A stretch of 56,388 bases of DNA, from assembly GCA_044356295.1 (NCBI GenBank), contig JBIKWN010000122.1:1-56388 (forward strand), in the 5' to 3' direction. Under the pieces are notes generated by a model. That model was given only the letters and a program-made list of their open reading frames with translations, had not been told where the DNA came from and searched no databases. Below, piece after piece: positions 10,288 to 22,800 of the stretch. Position numbers and translations under genes: made by a program. The DNA is from Bdellovibrionota bacterium. GTDB taxonomy: Bacteria > Bdellovibrionota_C > UBA2361 > JBIKWN01. Numbering within the stretch: the first letter of the stretch is position 1; every line of letters starts with the position of its first letter.

Positions 10288-13046
10288 GCAGAGAACAGTA
10301 TGGTACAAAAGAGTTCTTAAATGACTTATTAGCAGAGTTAACTGAAGCATCAATTAGTACTCCTCAAGGTAGCAATATAGACGTTGTTACCTTTGCTAAT
10401 TCTATACTCTTTAATGACTCTCCTTCTAGTAAGCTGTGGCCTACGCAAGAAGCAATATTAAAGGCAATATACAATGAGCCCTTATCTGATACGCATAAGG
10501 CTATACTTGCCTTGTGGAAGGAACAGAATAAGACTAACTGGGTAGAAGGCAGAAAGTATACCAACTTAATCTTTGAAGCGGGAAGAGGTTGTCCTGTTGC
10601 TACTTCAGAGATAATAACATCTGCGGGCACTATTACTTATAAGGAGCTACATGATAGAAGTACAGAAGCTATTAGTATCTACACTATTGATCCTGCTTCA
10701 TTTGTATTGTCTACTACTAGTAACTTTAGAACGTGGGATCAAGGACTACAGTCTGCGCACAAGTTAAAGCTTAAGAATGGCAAAGAAGAGCAGGTAACAA
10801 GTGATCATCCATATCTTGTATGGAGAAATGCTATGCCTGAATGGATAGCAGTTAAAGACTTGGTTAAGGGAGATAGAGTAGCAGTACTAAACAACTTACC
10901 TCTATTTGGTAATAAGTCTATTGGTATTGAACGTGCTAAACAGCTAGCTAAGTCAATAGCTAGTTCTATTCCTACATGCATTAAGGAGGCGCCTAAAGAA
11001 GAAGTAGCTGCCTTCTTATCCTGTCTATTCTCTTGTAATGGTTTTGTATCTACGAAAAAGTCTCATAAGAGATACTTAAGACCTAGTATAGGTATAACAT
11101 CTCTACATGAGACACTTGTACTAGACATACAAAAAGAACTTGTAAAGTTTGGCATTAGATCTAAGGTACGCTATACGTCTAATAAAAGAACACCTAATAG
11201 GTGGGCTCTAATTATTGAAGATGCAAATTCTATTCTAGAGTTTGCTGCGTCTATTGGTATGTTATCTAAGCAGGATAAATTGAATGAAGCAATACATAGA
11301 CTAAAGCATATAGAGCTAGATACTATTCCTAAACCTGTATGGCAAAGAATAAAGCAGAGACAAGCAGTACTTGAACTGACTAATAAACAACTGTCAGGCA
11401 AGAATAGGCTAAGAAGTAACGGTTCTCTTACTAAGCGCAATGCTAGAGCGTATGCAGCTAACACATATGATACGCAGCTATTAAGTATTGTAGACAGTGC
11501 TATTGATTGGGAAGAAGTCAGTTATGTACAAGACTTAGGACTGCAGCCTATTATTGGCTTTGAGGTGCAGGACACTCACGTTATAGGTAACTACATAGTT
11601 AGTCATAACAGCTCTAAAAGCACGCTCTCTTCTATCATCTCTCTATATGAGTTCTATAGGCTTATATCCTTACCAGATCCAGGACTGCACTACGGCCTTT
11701 TATCCTATTCACCTATTGCCTTATTTGCTATTGCTCAGACAGAAGCACAGGTATTAGAGACTAGCTTTAAAGCAATCAAATCCTTCTTAGACAGCTCGGA
11801 CTTCTTTAAATCAATGATAAAGAAGAAGCGCATTATTGTACTTAGTGATGAGATCAAGTGTCCTGATAAGTTTGTATCTCTATTTGCTAAGCACACTAAC
11901 TCTAAAGCATTAGTTGGTTATAACCTAAAGATGTTATTTATAGATGAGATGGCGCGTTTTGAGACTACAGCAGATGGAGTTAATACGGGCATTAACATCT
12001 ATGAGAACGTAGGTCGTGCTCTTAATAGATTTAAGGGAGAAGGCAAGAAGATAGTAGTATCTTCTGCTTGGTCATTTACTGATCCTATGGTTACCTTAAA
12101 GGAACAGGTAAAAGGAGATCCTTATTCTTTAGTATTTGAATTAAGCTGTTTTGACGTTAATCCTACTATTACTAGAAGTAATCCAGACATAGTATCTGAT
12201 TATGCCAGTAATCCTAAGAGAGCAAGACTTGAGTATGAGAATATAAGAAGCAGCAGTGATAATTCGTTCTTAGATGCAGCATTACTAGACAAGCTATGTA
12301 TTATTCAAAGCCGCATAGATGCTACTGAGTGCAGCATAGACATAGACAATAGAAGCTACAGAGGTATTAGTATTGATAGAATTGACAATGTTAATACGGC
12401 CTGCTTTATACATGTAGACACGGGATCAAAGAAGGATAGTACGGCGTTATCTATTGCTACTATTAATAGTAAGGGTCAGATAGAGGTAATAGGAATAGCT
12501 TGCTGGACACCAGGCATTGATGAAAAGGGCCGTTTTAGAGAAGTATCTTACGTAAATACAGAAGAAGTAATACTGTATATAAGTCAATACATGAACGTAG
12601 TATCTATTACGTTTGATGGCTGGAACTCTATATCTCTTAATCAGAATCTATATGTTAAAGGTCTTAACACGAATGTAGTGTCCTTCTCTAGAGACAGTCA
12701 ATTAACTTACTACACACTACTACGTCAATTAATACAACAGGGAGATGTGTTGTTTCCCGTAGATAGTCCTTGGACTGCTCTAATTAAGACGGATTTGCCT
12801 TCTCTAGTAATTAAAGATAATGGCAAGATTGTGCATCCATATGGAACAAAGGACTTACCAGATGCATTAGCAGTATCAGTATTTGAGGCGTATAGATATG
12901 GATGTAGCTGTAATTTAATTCACACTAGAAATGCAAATCCTCCTAAGCTGTTAACTATTAATACTGATAGAAAAGTTATTAATAATAGATCCTCAATTAA
13001 CAGATTACAGTCCTACAAACAACAGTCTAAATACAGGACAATATAG
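10284..13046 (+). CDS. terL: Terminase large subunit, intein-containing
   Basis: Removing the intein restores Walker A 'AGRG|SSKST'. Walker B 'MLFIDEMARF', motif III 'VVSSA', and RNase H-like nuclease residues 'HVDTG', 'FDGWN', 'KDLPDALA'. Confidence 0.9.
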   Translation: MSREQYGTKEFLNDLLAELTEASISTPQGSNIDVVTFANSILFNDSPSSKLWPTQEAILKAIYNEPLSDTHKAILALWKEQNKTNWVEGRKYTNLIFEAGRGCPVATSEIITSAGTITYKELHDRSTEAISIYTIDPASFVLSTTSNFRTWDQGLQSAHKLKLKNGKEEQVTSDHPYLVWRNAMPEWIAVKDLVKGDRVAVLNNLPLFGNKSIGIERAKQLAKSIASSIPTCIKEAPKEEVAAFLSCLFSCNGFVSTKKSHKRYLRPSIGITSLHETLVLDIQKELVKFGIRSKVRYTSNKRTPNRWALIIEDANSILEFAASIGMLSKQDKLNEAIHRLKHIELDTIPKPVWQRIKQRQAVLELTNKQLSGKNRLRSNGSLTKRNARAYAANTYDTQLLSIVDSAIDWEEVSYVQDLGLQPIIGFEVQDTHVIGNYIVSHNSSKSTLSSIISLYEFYRLISLPDPGLHYGLLSYSPIALFAIAQTEAQVLETSFKAIKSFLDSSDFFKSMIKKKRIIVLSDEIKCPDKFVSLFAKHTNSKALVGYNLKMLFIDEMARFETTADGVNTGINIYENVGRALNRFKGEGKKIVVSSAWSFTDPMVTLKEQVKGDPYSLVFELSCFDVNPTITRSNPDIVSDYASNPKRARLEYENIRSSSDNSFLDAALLDKLCIIQSRIDATECSIDIDNRSYRGISIDRIDNVNTACFIHVDTGSKKDSTALSIATINSKGQIEVIGIACWTPGIDEKGRFREVSYVNTEEVILYISQYMNVVSITFDGWNSISLNQNLYVKGLNTNVVSFSRDSQLTYYTLLRQLIQQGDVLFPVDSPWTALIKTDLPSLVIKDNGKIVHPYGTKDLPDALAVSVFEAYRYGCSCNLIHTRNANPPKLLTINTDRKVINNRSSINRLQSYKQQSKYRTI
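10590..11609 (+). mobile_element. Intein (340 aa) in TerL Walker A, with degenerate LAGLIDADG domain
   Basis: Starts CPVATSEII, block B 'VTSDHPYL', ends 'IVSHN' followed by Ser+1; block E-like 'AAFLSCLFSCNG'. Confidence 0.9.
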
Positions 13047-13063
13047 TTTGATACTTACTACTA

Positions 13064-13843
13064 TTGCGTATGAAGACTCCTATTTTATTTACTCTTGAGC
13101 CATTCATTGAACAGACACCAGATCCACCTGTACCCGTACCAATACCTACTACTCCTGACAATGAACTAGATCTAATAACTAACACTATAATTCTATCTCC
13201 TCGTTACTACTTAATAATTAAACCTCCCAGTAACATAAGAAATGATGCTTCATACATACCCATGCCCTATAGGTATAATGTGCCCTGGGAAGGTATATAT
13301 GCAAATCAAGTTAGACTTGCATTAGAGCCTACTGTGGGATGGGGAGAGGGCTCCTGTTATGAAGTTGAGTATTGGATGTGGCGGCCCCACTTGTTACCTA
13401 GGATGACTAAGAAGATAGGCAATACGCCAACTAAACTTAAAACGGAGCACTGGCTAGTTCCACATCCTTCAGGTAAGTATCTACTTAACTACAGCTATGC
13501 ATACGCAAATCAATTTAGAACAGAAGTGCTGTCTTTAGTTCTTACTGCTAATCCTATGTCGATTAAAGACTACATAAACAAATTAGTATATGTAGTATCT
13601 GTTAATAATGAGCCAACATTTACATTAAGTTCTGTAGTTGCGGCTAATACCTCATTGCTACAACGTACAGTAAATTATAAGAACACTACGGACGTTCTAC
13701 TTACTACTAGTGCTGCTATTGGGGAAACTATAAGTATTGAGTATCTAAGACCAATAGACATTAAAAACATACTGTTTAAGAACAACGTGTTCCCACAGAA
13801 CATATATGCTTATCCTCCAGGTACTGTGCCTACCTACATGTAA
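13064..13843 (+). CDS. Hypothetical protein (Pro-rich N-terminus)
   Basis: 259-aa ORF filling the gap between terL and the giant gene; the true start may be the ATG at 13070. Confidence 0.6.
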   Translation: MRMKTPILFTLEPFIEQTPDPPVPVPIPTTPDNELDLITNTIILSPRYYLIIKPPSNIRNDASYIPMPYRYNVPWEGIYANQVRLALEPTVGWGEGSCYEVEYWMWRPHLLPRMTKKIGNTPTKLKTEHWLVPHPSGKYLLNYSYAYANQFRTEVLSLVLTANPMSIKDYINKLVYVVSVNNEPTFTLSSVVAANTSLLQRTVNYKNTTDVLLTTSAAIGETISIEYLRPIDIKNILFKNNVFPQNIYAYPPGTVPTYM

Positions 13844-13867
13844 ATCTACTATCTCTTATCTTGTATC

Positions 13868-16800
13868 ATGATCAATTTACTTAGTGTAGGAACTACTGTA
13901 TTAACTGTAGGCGTAGCAGCTTTAGGAGCTAAGCATTTAGCAGATGATGCTCTTAGTTGGCGTAGAAAGGATGGATGGGATTGGCAGTACAAGGGCAACT
14001 CTATACATGATAGAGTTGGTAATTTTGTACTGGGTGGAGATCCTAAGTCTAGATATAATAATTATTTACGTAACTACAATGAAGTAATTGGTTATGGATA
14101 TAAGATGCCCTCTATTGAGTTGGTGCCTCCTCCATCTCAGAGTATTGCTCCTATTGCAGGAGCAAGGAATTATGGTTTAGATAATACGGGTTTATCTCCC
14201 GTATTAACTCAAATAGGCAATCTTACAGGCGCAACTAGAGAGGATGCTAACAACTTATTACTTGTACGTAAGCAGGAGAATGTAGGAGGCTACGTAGTTA
14301 GTTACAACTCAGACAAGGGAAGACCTAACTGGGTAGCCTTTAAGATTGATAAGAATAGTCTAGGTTCAGTAAGAAGAGAGAATGATTTTAGACCTGACTA
14401 TGAAGTACATAAGCCCGTATCTCCTAGCACCTTTCCTAGTGGATTTGATATGGGACATGCTGCTAACTCTGCAGCATTTACTGCTAATAAGACGTTAAAC
14501 AGTCTTACGTACTTAATGTCTAATATGTACGCAGAAGCTCCTGCACTCAATCAAGGTCCCTGGGCAAGTCTAGAAATCTATCTAAACAATAAAGTATCTC
14601 CTAGCATTATTAATGGAGCAGGCCCTCTAAATAATAATTCTATGTACGTTATTACTGGAGGCTCTGGAACTGGAGGTGTAGGTAGTAAGGGCTATATAGA
14701 ATCACAAGGAGGAGTAGAGGTACCCAAGATACTGTGGAAGGTTGCTATCTTTGTTCCTAATGGTATGGATTTAAAGGAAGCAGTTAATAGTCAGCAGGCT
14801 AAAGCGTTAGCTGTTGCTATGCCTAACATGCAAAACGTTAATCCTAATTGGCAGAGACATGTAGTAACAGACTTAGATCAGCTAAGACGATTAACCGGAG
14901 TACAGAGATTTGTACCTACTATCAGTGAAGAGCAGGAGAGAAAGCTATTAAGTGATGCGGGTCTACTTCCTAATCCAGAGAATAAGGCTAAGATTCTTAA
15001 TATAGATATAAATGATATTGGTCCTAACTTTAGAAGTGATGCTGCAAATAAGGCGCGATCTAGAGGCATACATAATCCCCTGTTCTATCCTTTATTTGAT
15101 ACAGACAAAAGCTTAAAGGGTTTTGTGTTGTCAAACAAGAACTCTTATTCTGAGTCGTTTGAAATGGCTAGATACAATGCGTCTATGAGAAATACTGGAC
15201 GTTTTAACAGTGTTGTAGACGTAGAAGATATGAATACCTTTGAGCTTATTCTAAGAGCAGATAAGGGAGATCTAACTGAGCATGAATTAAGAACCGCAAG
15301 AATGTATGATAGGGCTGTTAATAGTCCTAGCCTATCTACAAGAATTAATGAGTTTGTATTTTTACCCATTAATATGGGTAGAGTGTATAAAGAAGAGAAG
15401 GGATTTATACCTTCTTTATTTGGCGCTGTTGGAGGCTTAATAGATCAAGCATATCTAGTTAATAATCCAGCGCTTATTAAAAGTTATAAGAAGGATGGAG
15501 AAAACTACTTTGCTACTAAACAGACATTCTTTCAAGACTTACTAGAAAACTCAGCAGCAGGTCTTATTGCTTCTGTATCTTCTGTTGCTACCTACTTAGC
15601 AGTAGGAGAACCTATTAAGGCTATGATCTCTCAGAGTATACTATCTGCACAGGAATCTGTTATTAATGCAAGTAAGATGAACGTATTTGCAAAGGTAGCA
15701 TCTGGAGGCAGCATATACAATACTCCCTTTTTAGCAGAAGTAATGCAGTTTAAAAGAGATCAGCCTGCTACTGCCTTCTATAGTGCTAATAATCCAACTC
15801 TATCTCTTTACTGGTTTGAGAACTATGCAAGAATAAGGGGCGCTACGTTCTTTGAAGCTACTGCAAGAGAGTTCCTACTTAACAAGATAAGCCCTTATAA
15901 GATTGATAGTAAGGATGGTAAGTATAAACAGTTGTTAGGCGCTATTAATGATTACACACAAGCACTTGCTTCTCCTGCCGATATAGTAATAACTAAGATG
16001 GATGGAGAGATAACTGTTAACACTCATAGTGAAAACATATGGCAGAGAGAGCAGATTACTGTTAATGGTGAAACTATTAATCTAGAGACTGCTTTAGCTA
16101 GACTACAGAGAAATGCTGAAGTAAATGGCACACTAGTTACGCAGGAAGTTAAGCAGGCAATTACAGATCAGCTTCACAACAAGTATCAACTAAAGATTGT
16201 TAATGTGTCCTTAGAACGTAATATGGACTTAGCTCAGAAGCTACAAAAGATACTCAATCTAGTGCCAATGCCTTGGCACTGGGGAATGTTTACTGGACCT
16301 AAAGAAGTGTTTAATGGTCCCATGATTGGTAATTTAGTAGACATTGAAGGCTTTACTAGATACATTAATGCTGCGGTTAACAATCAAGGATTCTGGGGTG
16401 CTGCGAATGAGTTTATGGTGTATCACTCAGGAGATAAGACTAAAGCACATGCTCCTGCATATAGAATACTCAATCACATGGCTACTATGACTAGAGCCTT
16501 ATTAGCTTTTAATGATAGAGGTGGTCAAAGTCAGAGAGAGTTGGCTGGTATAAAGAGAATAGCTGAGACGTATGTAGAAGAAGAGCAAAAGATTCTTAGT
16601 AATAAGAAACAGCCTCTACATACTGAGACTGGATATACGGTTATAGATAATTCAATAGATCCAGATACAGGCGCAGTAAGAGTAACTGATGATGAACTAG
16701 CTAAGCTATTAGCTAATGAAGCACATTATCAAAACAACTGGAAGAGCCAAGGAGAATCTCTAAATAAGATAAAGCTAGGTAGTCATTATCACTACGTTAA

Positions 16801-19800
16801 TAAGACAAGAGGAACTAATAACTTAGGATTTATCCTCAACACCATTGACAGAAATGGCACCTACATGGGTATGAAGATAGCTAGTACTAAAATATCCGCT
16901 GCTAAATGGATTATTGGCGGGATATTTATTCCCCATTTACTGGCTAAAGAATTTATTGAGAAGTCTGGACTGTCTCTAGGAGGCACAGCTTTAGCCCACT
17001 CTATTCTTAACACTACATCTACTAATACAACTATTCAGACGCACAGTACAAACTTATTTAGTTATACAGATGTAGCTAGATATATGGGAGCTACTGGAGC
17101 TACAGAATCTGCAATTGGTGTAGTTGAAACTCTTGTTAATGCGGGAGGTTTAGCTGTATGGGCCTACAATAATAGTGCATTTACACCTGAGACTCATGCT
17201 CGTCTATACACATTAGATAGATTAGTTAACACGGTTAGTGAGTATGCAGTTGATGTAGATGCTGCAGGTAATAAAGTATTTCAAGCAGTACCAAAGACAG
17301 AAGCAGAGTTTATTAAGGCATTAGCAGGTAAAGAAGAAATAGCTTTAAAGCTTAAAACTGGTCAAGAAGTAGGAATGGTAGTAGCAAGAGAAGCGTCATT
17401 ACTACCAGGTACAGAAGGTAAAGTTAGAGGGCTGCACACTCTACATACAAGAATAAGTAAGAATATGACCTCTTTTGGTATATCTCTTGCCTTATCTTTA
17501 GCAGCAATGCAGACTGCTAGATATGTAGTCAGTTCTGTTATTGACGCAGATAGACAGATGTTTGGATCTAGTTTTGCTGGATTTTGGTTATTAGGAGTTC
17601 CGTCTATATTGTTAGGTGCTGCTACTACTATAGATAATGCGGCTCACCTATTAAAGGTAGTAGGTGGTGGCTTCTCTGCTAAGCCATTAAACGTTAACTA
17701 CTGGCTTACCAGTCAACTAACTAAGAAGGTAGTTTTGCCCGCTTTACAGGGCTATGCAACATTATTAGGTAGAAGTGGTACTAGTGCGGCAGTTACACTT
17801 GGATTAACTGCTGCGGCATTGTTTGTGGGCTACGTTAATAGATGGACTCCTATACAGGGGGATGTTAATGGTCCTAAGCTAGATGCTGTCAACAGTAACG
17901 CGGTACTTAAGTTGGCAGCCTATAATCAACATATACAGGCTAAGGTAGCCATGTATAGGCAGATAGGTAAAGATGGCAATGAGTCTATTAGTGATAGTGT
18001 TTCTCCATTAGAAGTTAATGCTGCCTTATTAAGTATTGCTCTACATAAGATGATGGCGCCTACTGGTCCAGAAGTAAAGGGCAGTACTGCTTACATAGTT
18101 GCTATTCAATCTCCTACTCCTATATTCCAGTACTACAGCGTAATTAAGCGTGTAGTAGATAAGACGGGCAACAGTTATGCTACTGTTGGTCTTGGTATAC
18201 AGGGCCCTCCAATTCTAGGTATAGCGCCTATTAACTTTACACTTCCTATTGCTTATGCACTTAACTCTTCAAGGAATGCTATACAGATAAGAACGGGCTA
18301 CATGGGTACTGGTCTTATACTGAATGAGCATAATAAGGATGGAGTAAATATAGCTGACATATTTAATATGTATAGTCAGGTAGCTCTATGGAGCAAGCTA
18401 GGCTTATGGGTATCTAAACCATTAATATCTAATGTGATGTATAGAAGTCAGTATCAGATGTTAGCTACTCCTGCTGTAGGTGCAGAGCTTCCTCTGGTTC
18501 AGGGACTTAGAGCAGGTAGAACTAAGTTTTTAGATGTAGGTAGAGTAGGCTTTGAGATAGCCGCTCAGTCTGCAAGACTAATGACTGCAGACCTTAGAGC
18601 TCCAGGCTATAGATTAACCAGGTCTAGTATAGGTCCTGCAGCTATTAATGCTGTTATTGCAGGAGGATTAACATATTATTTACTTAGCGTATTAAATGCG
18701 GCTGGAGCATATGATAAAGATGCTAATAAAGAGCCTGACTTTAGCTTTAATAATGCTATTAACAGTATGGATAAAACGGCATTAGCAGGAGGAGTAGCTA
18801 TTGCCTGGGGTGTAAAAGACTATGTTAGGAATACATTAATAGAGGCAAGAGTATTAAGCCAGTTAGAGAGAGATATTCTAATTGCTAGTACTGACGCTAA
18901 GTTTGATAAGGCAAAGGTAGACTTTATATCCCAAAAGCTATACTCTAATCCTCACAGCAGTAAATGGCTACGCACTGCAGGCCGTATAAGTGATACGGCA
19001 TTTGAGCGTCTATCTGTATTTAAAGGAGACAAGCTTAATATGCGTAAATTGGGCCTAATGAGAGCGGGTGGTATGTTAGCCGCTGGAGCATTATGGACCC
19101 ACTTTATTACTGATCCTAAGTCTGGACTAGTTAATCCTGAGTTGGCCTATGGAGACTTAAGACAGATAAAGGATGGTACGCATGAGAATCTATATGATGG
19201 CTTTAGAAGAAATACGCATATAGCTATTAATGCTTTGTTTTTAGGAGTAGGCCTATCTACACTTACTAGATTTACAGCAGCTACTGTCTTCTTTTCTCCA
19301 TTAGATCCTGAAGTTATATTTGCAGAGTATAAGTATAAGTTAGAAGCAGTAGCACAGTTAAGAGACAAAGTAAGTAGTCAGAGTGCCAAGTCTAGCAAAG
19401 GGCTTAATAGAGTAGTAGATGGCGCAGTTACTGCTATTAGAAAGATGCAGTTAAGTTTTGCTACTATGCGTTTAGAACAGGTAGGTACTGAAGTACAAAT
19501 TCTATTAGAAGAAGCTAGACATGCAGATCCAAAGATAAGCTCTATTACAAAAGACATGCACAAAGCTTTAGGAGGACAAGATCCTAGAGATAATGTAAAG
19601 CATAAAGTAGCAGAAGGTGCTAATAGAGTAATGGTAGATCTACAGCAGAAAGGAGATACTACATTAGGAACAGACATTAATTCAATTGCTAGAACTACTA
19701 ATCATCAAATAGTAAAGCAGTCTCTTGATTCTTTAGGAGATCCAACTATTGTTGATGATGCTAGACAGACGGCAAATAGATCTGCACTGCTAAAAAGTAT

Positions 19801-22800
19801 GCGCTATCTACACGGAGCAAACATGCGTATTAGAACTAGACAATATACGCAGATGGGATTGTTGTTACTAACGCCTGCTCTATTTATGCATACAGCTAAC
19901 GCAATATCTGCAAGTATGGGCTTTAAAGACTTCCAAGACGTATTTATTGGAGATAAGGATATAAGGCTTCCTAGTACGCAAATACTGTATGGCTTTCTAG
20001 ACTTCTTAAAGGTTTATAGTAAACACGACAGAAGACACCACTATGAGATAGCTAGAGGACTTGTAGGTCCTAATATGACTGTTAGTAATGGAGAGTTCCT
20101 TATTAATCCTGCTAGTACTACTAAAGGCGCTATTGCTGATTCACTAAGCAAACTAAATAAGACTATTATTGTTAATTCTCCTAGTACGTTTATTGGTATA
20201 GAGGTAGGAGGTATTACGGTTAGACCTGATGATCATGATGTAAGAGTTAGAGATTACTTCCAGCTACAATCTGCATCACAGGACTTCTCTTCTGCTATGT
20301 ATAGTATGTCTCCTGTCTTTGGCTTTAAGTCATTAGCAGCTAGAGGCTTTCTTCCTAACGTAATCATTGCAGAGTTAAAAGGAGTTAATGACTTTGAAAG
20401 TCTCAATTCTCATCAACTACGTAGTTTTGGAGCAGCTATTATTACTGCAGTAGCTAGTCAACCTATACGCCTATCTAAAGACAGAATTAGATTTACTGCT
20501 CCAGACAGAAGTACTCTAGAAGCAATGCAAACTAGCAAGGCACTATCCTTATCTCTTGGCACTAGATATAAAAGGCTGCAAGCATTAAGTTATGGTACAG
20601 ATACGCATATAGGTCTTTATTCTTTAATGAATAATATGCAGATAGCAGATCCAGCTATGCAGAAGACCTTTCTTAAAGCTCTACTTGAAATAGGCAATAA
20701 TGATACCTCTATTACATTGGGAGAGTTAAATCAGAATGCTTATATGGGGCGTAAGTTTAAGATTGATAAGTTGATATTTAAGGGCAAAGACAATAATCCA
20801 TTTGAACCTCTACGTCTATCAGAACAGGACAGTAACAATGAGGATGCGTTTGCTAATCAACAAGGCATAGCATTACAGCTAACTACTAATCAATATATAA
20901 ACAACAATCCTATTCATAGACTAAAGACCTTCTTTGAAGCAAATAGTCAGGTATCTGCTATACAGGGAATGCTTAATGCCTTGCCTTTTGGCTTAGGACT
21001 AATAATTACAGCAGCAACTTCTATGGGCTTAGCATTATTAGGCATTACTACTATTGCTAAGATGATTACAGACTTTGGCACTAAACATATAACTAAGGAG
21101 AATACAGCGTTATTTAAACAGGCCAGCCAATACTATGACGGAGGTAAATGGTTTAGCAATCATCCAGTTGAGGGCGTTGAGATACCAGGAGGCATCAATC
21201 CTACTACAGGAGAAAACGTACCCAGTCACTTTGTACTTAAGCGTTCAGGAGTAGTGTTCTTTACAGATACGGTACAAGAAGCAGGTCTTAGAGAATTGTA
21301 TGGAAGACAGGCTAATGCACTTAGCGCCGCATTAGCTAGTACTTTTGATATGAAGTATATGGAGTTCTACAGTGGTACTGCAGTTGATGGTTATGGCAGT
21401 AGAGGAGATGAGTATATTAAGGCAAAGCTTAGTAGAAATAATACTCCTCTAGAAAACTATAAGCAGCCTTTACCTGCTAATGATGCTAGAGGAGTATTAG
21501 AGCAGTTCTACACTGAACATGTGCAGAGTATGGAATCCTTTGATCCTTCTACACGCCCAGATCTAAACAAGCTATTAGATTCCTCTGAAGACTTTAACCT
21601 AGCTAAGAGATTACAGAGAGCTCATGCTAGTGAATTTACTCCAGTAATGCAGTATGTAGACACTGGTGTTACTCCAGAGACAGTAAAGTTTAGTAATTCT
21701 GGGGGTAGAAGATTAGCTGAGCACATGCTAGACAGCTTTACTCAGAAGCAGGTATTAGATGCGTACTTAGAGGGTCAATACTTGGCCTCATTAAAAGAAG
21801 GAGCAGGACCTGACATAGTAAGTAAACAGAACTTTATTGAGAAGTATTATAAGGGAGCTACGTACAGTGAGTTACTACAAGCAGCAGTAGAAGGAGAGCT
21901 AAGAATACCAAAGGGTGTAGAGTTACCAGAAGGCAAGTTTATTAGTCATCTAAACATCTTTGGTAAGGATAGAATGCCAAATATGTCCTACAGCATTAAC
22001 TTAATGACAGAAGTGTATGCCGCTAAGTTTGATCACATTATTGATACATATTTTGACGTAATGCAGAGTCAAGCAGATCTAATGTACGCAGAAAGTCCTA
22101 ATGCAAATCTATTTAGTGAGTATGTTGATAGGGATTTAGTTGTAGATGTGGATGGCGGTCCTTTGGGCCAAGATAGAGTTAAAAAGGTAATAGCAGATAG
22201 GCGTAACTACTACAAGGCTCATCTTAGATCTACTATTCACACTAGATTAGAAAGCACTGTATTAGCTAAGAAGCATGGTAGCTGGTTTGACAGACTAGTG
22301 GATAAAGTAGTTGGAGGTACAGTAAGAGACAATATTAATAGAATAAGCTTAGAAGCAACTAATGCAAGTATTGAAGTAATACAAGAAGTGCGTACTGGAG
22401 CAGGTAATCTGTTTAGCAGTAAAGGAGGACATCAAACGATAGAAGCACAGCTAGTAGAGGCACAGGTTGCAGCAGAGCTAGAACTAAGAACTAAGAACGC
22501 TATGGGCTTATCTGGAGATTTACCAGGAGGTGCTGGCATGGCGCAGATAAACTATAACTCTAGTAGACTATCTGCCATAGACAGTATAGAGCGTCTAGGT
22601 CATGGTATTGGCAGCCTATTTCAAATGGTACAGTTTGTAGGCATTAATCTATTAGCATTAAGAGCTGGCGCTAGTATTGCGTCTTCTAAGACAGAAGATA
22701 GAGAGAAGGAGATGGCAAGAGAAGAGCTAGCTGAGATGGCATTTAATAATATGTTTGGTGCCTTATTCTTTACCGCATTGCTATCTAGTGATGCGGTTAA

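Noticed and set aside
13047..13867. Tail-assembly-chaperone programmed frameshift upstream of the tape-measure-like gene
   Set aside because: There is a single ORF with no convincing slippery heptamer or overlapping second frame.
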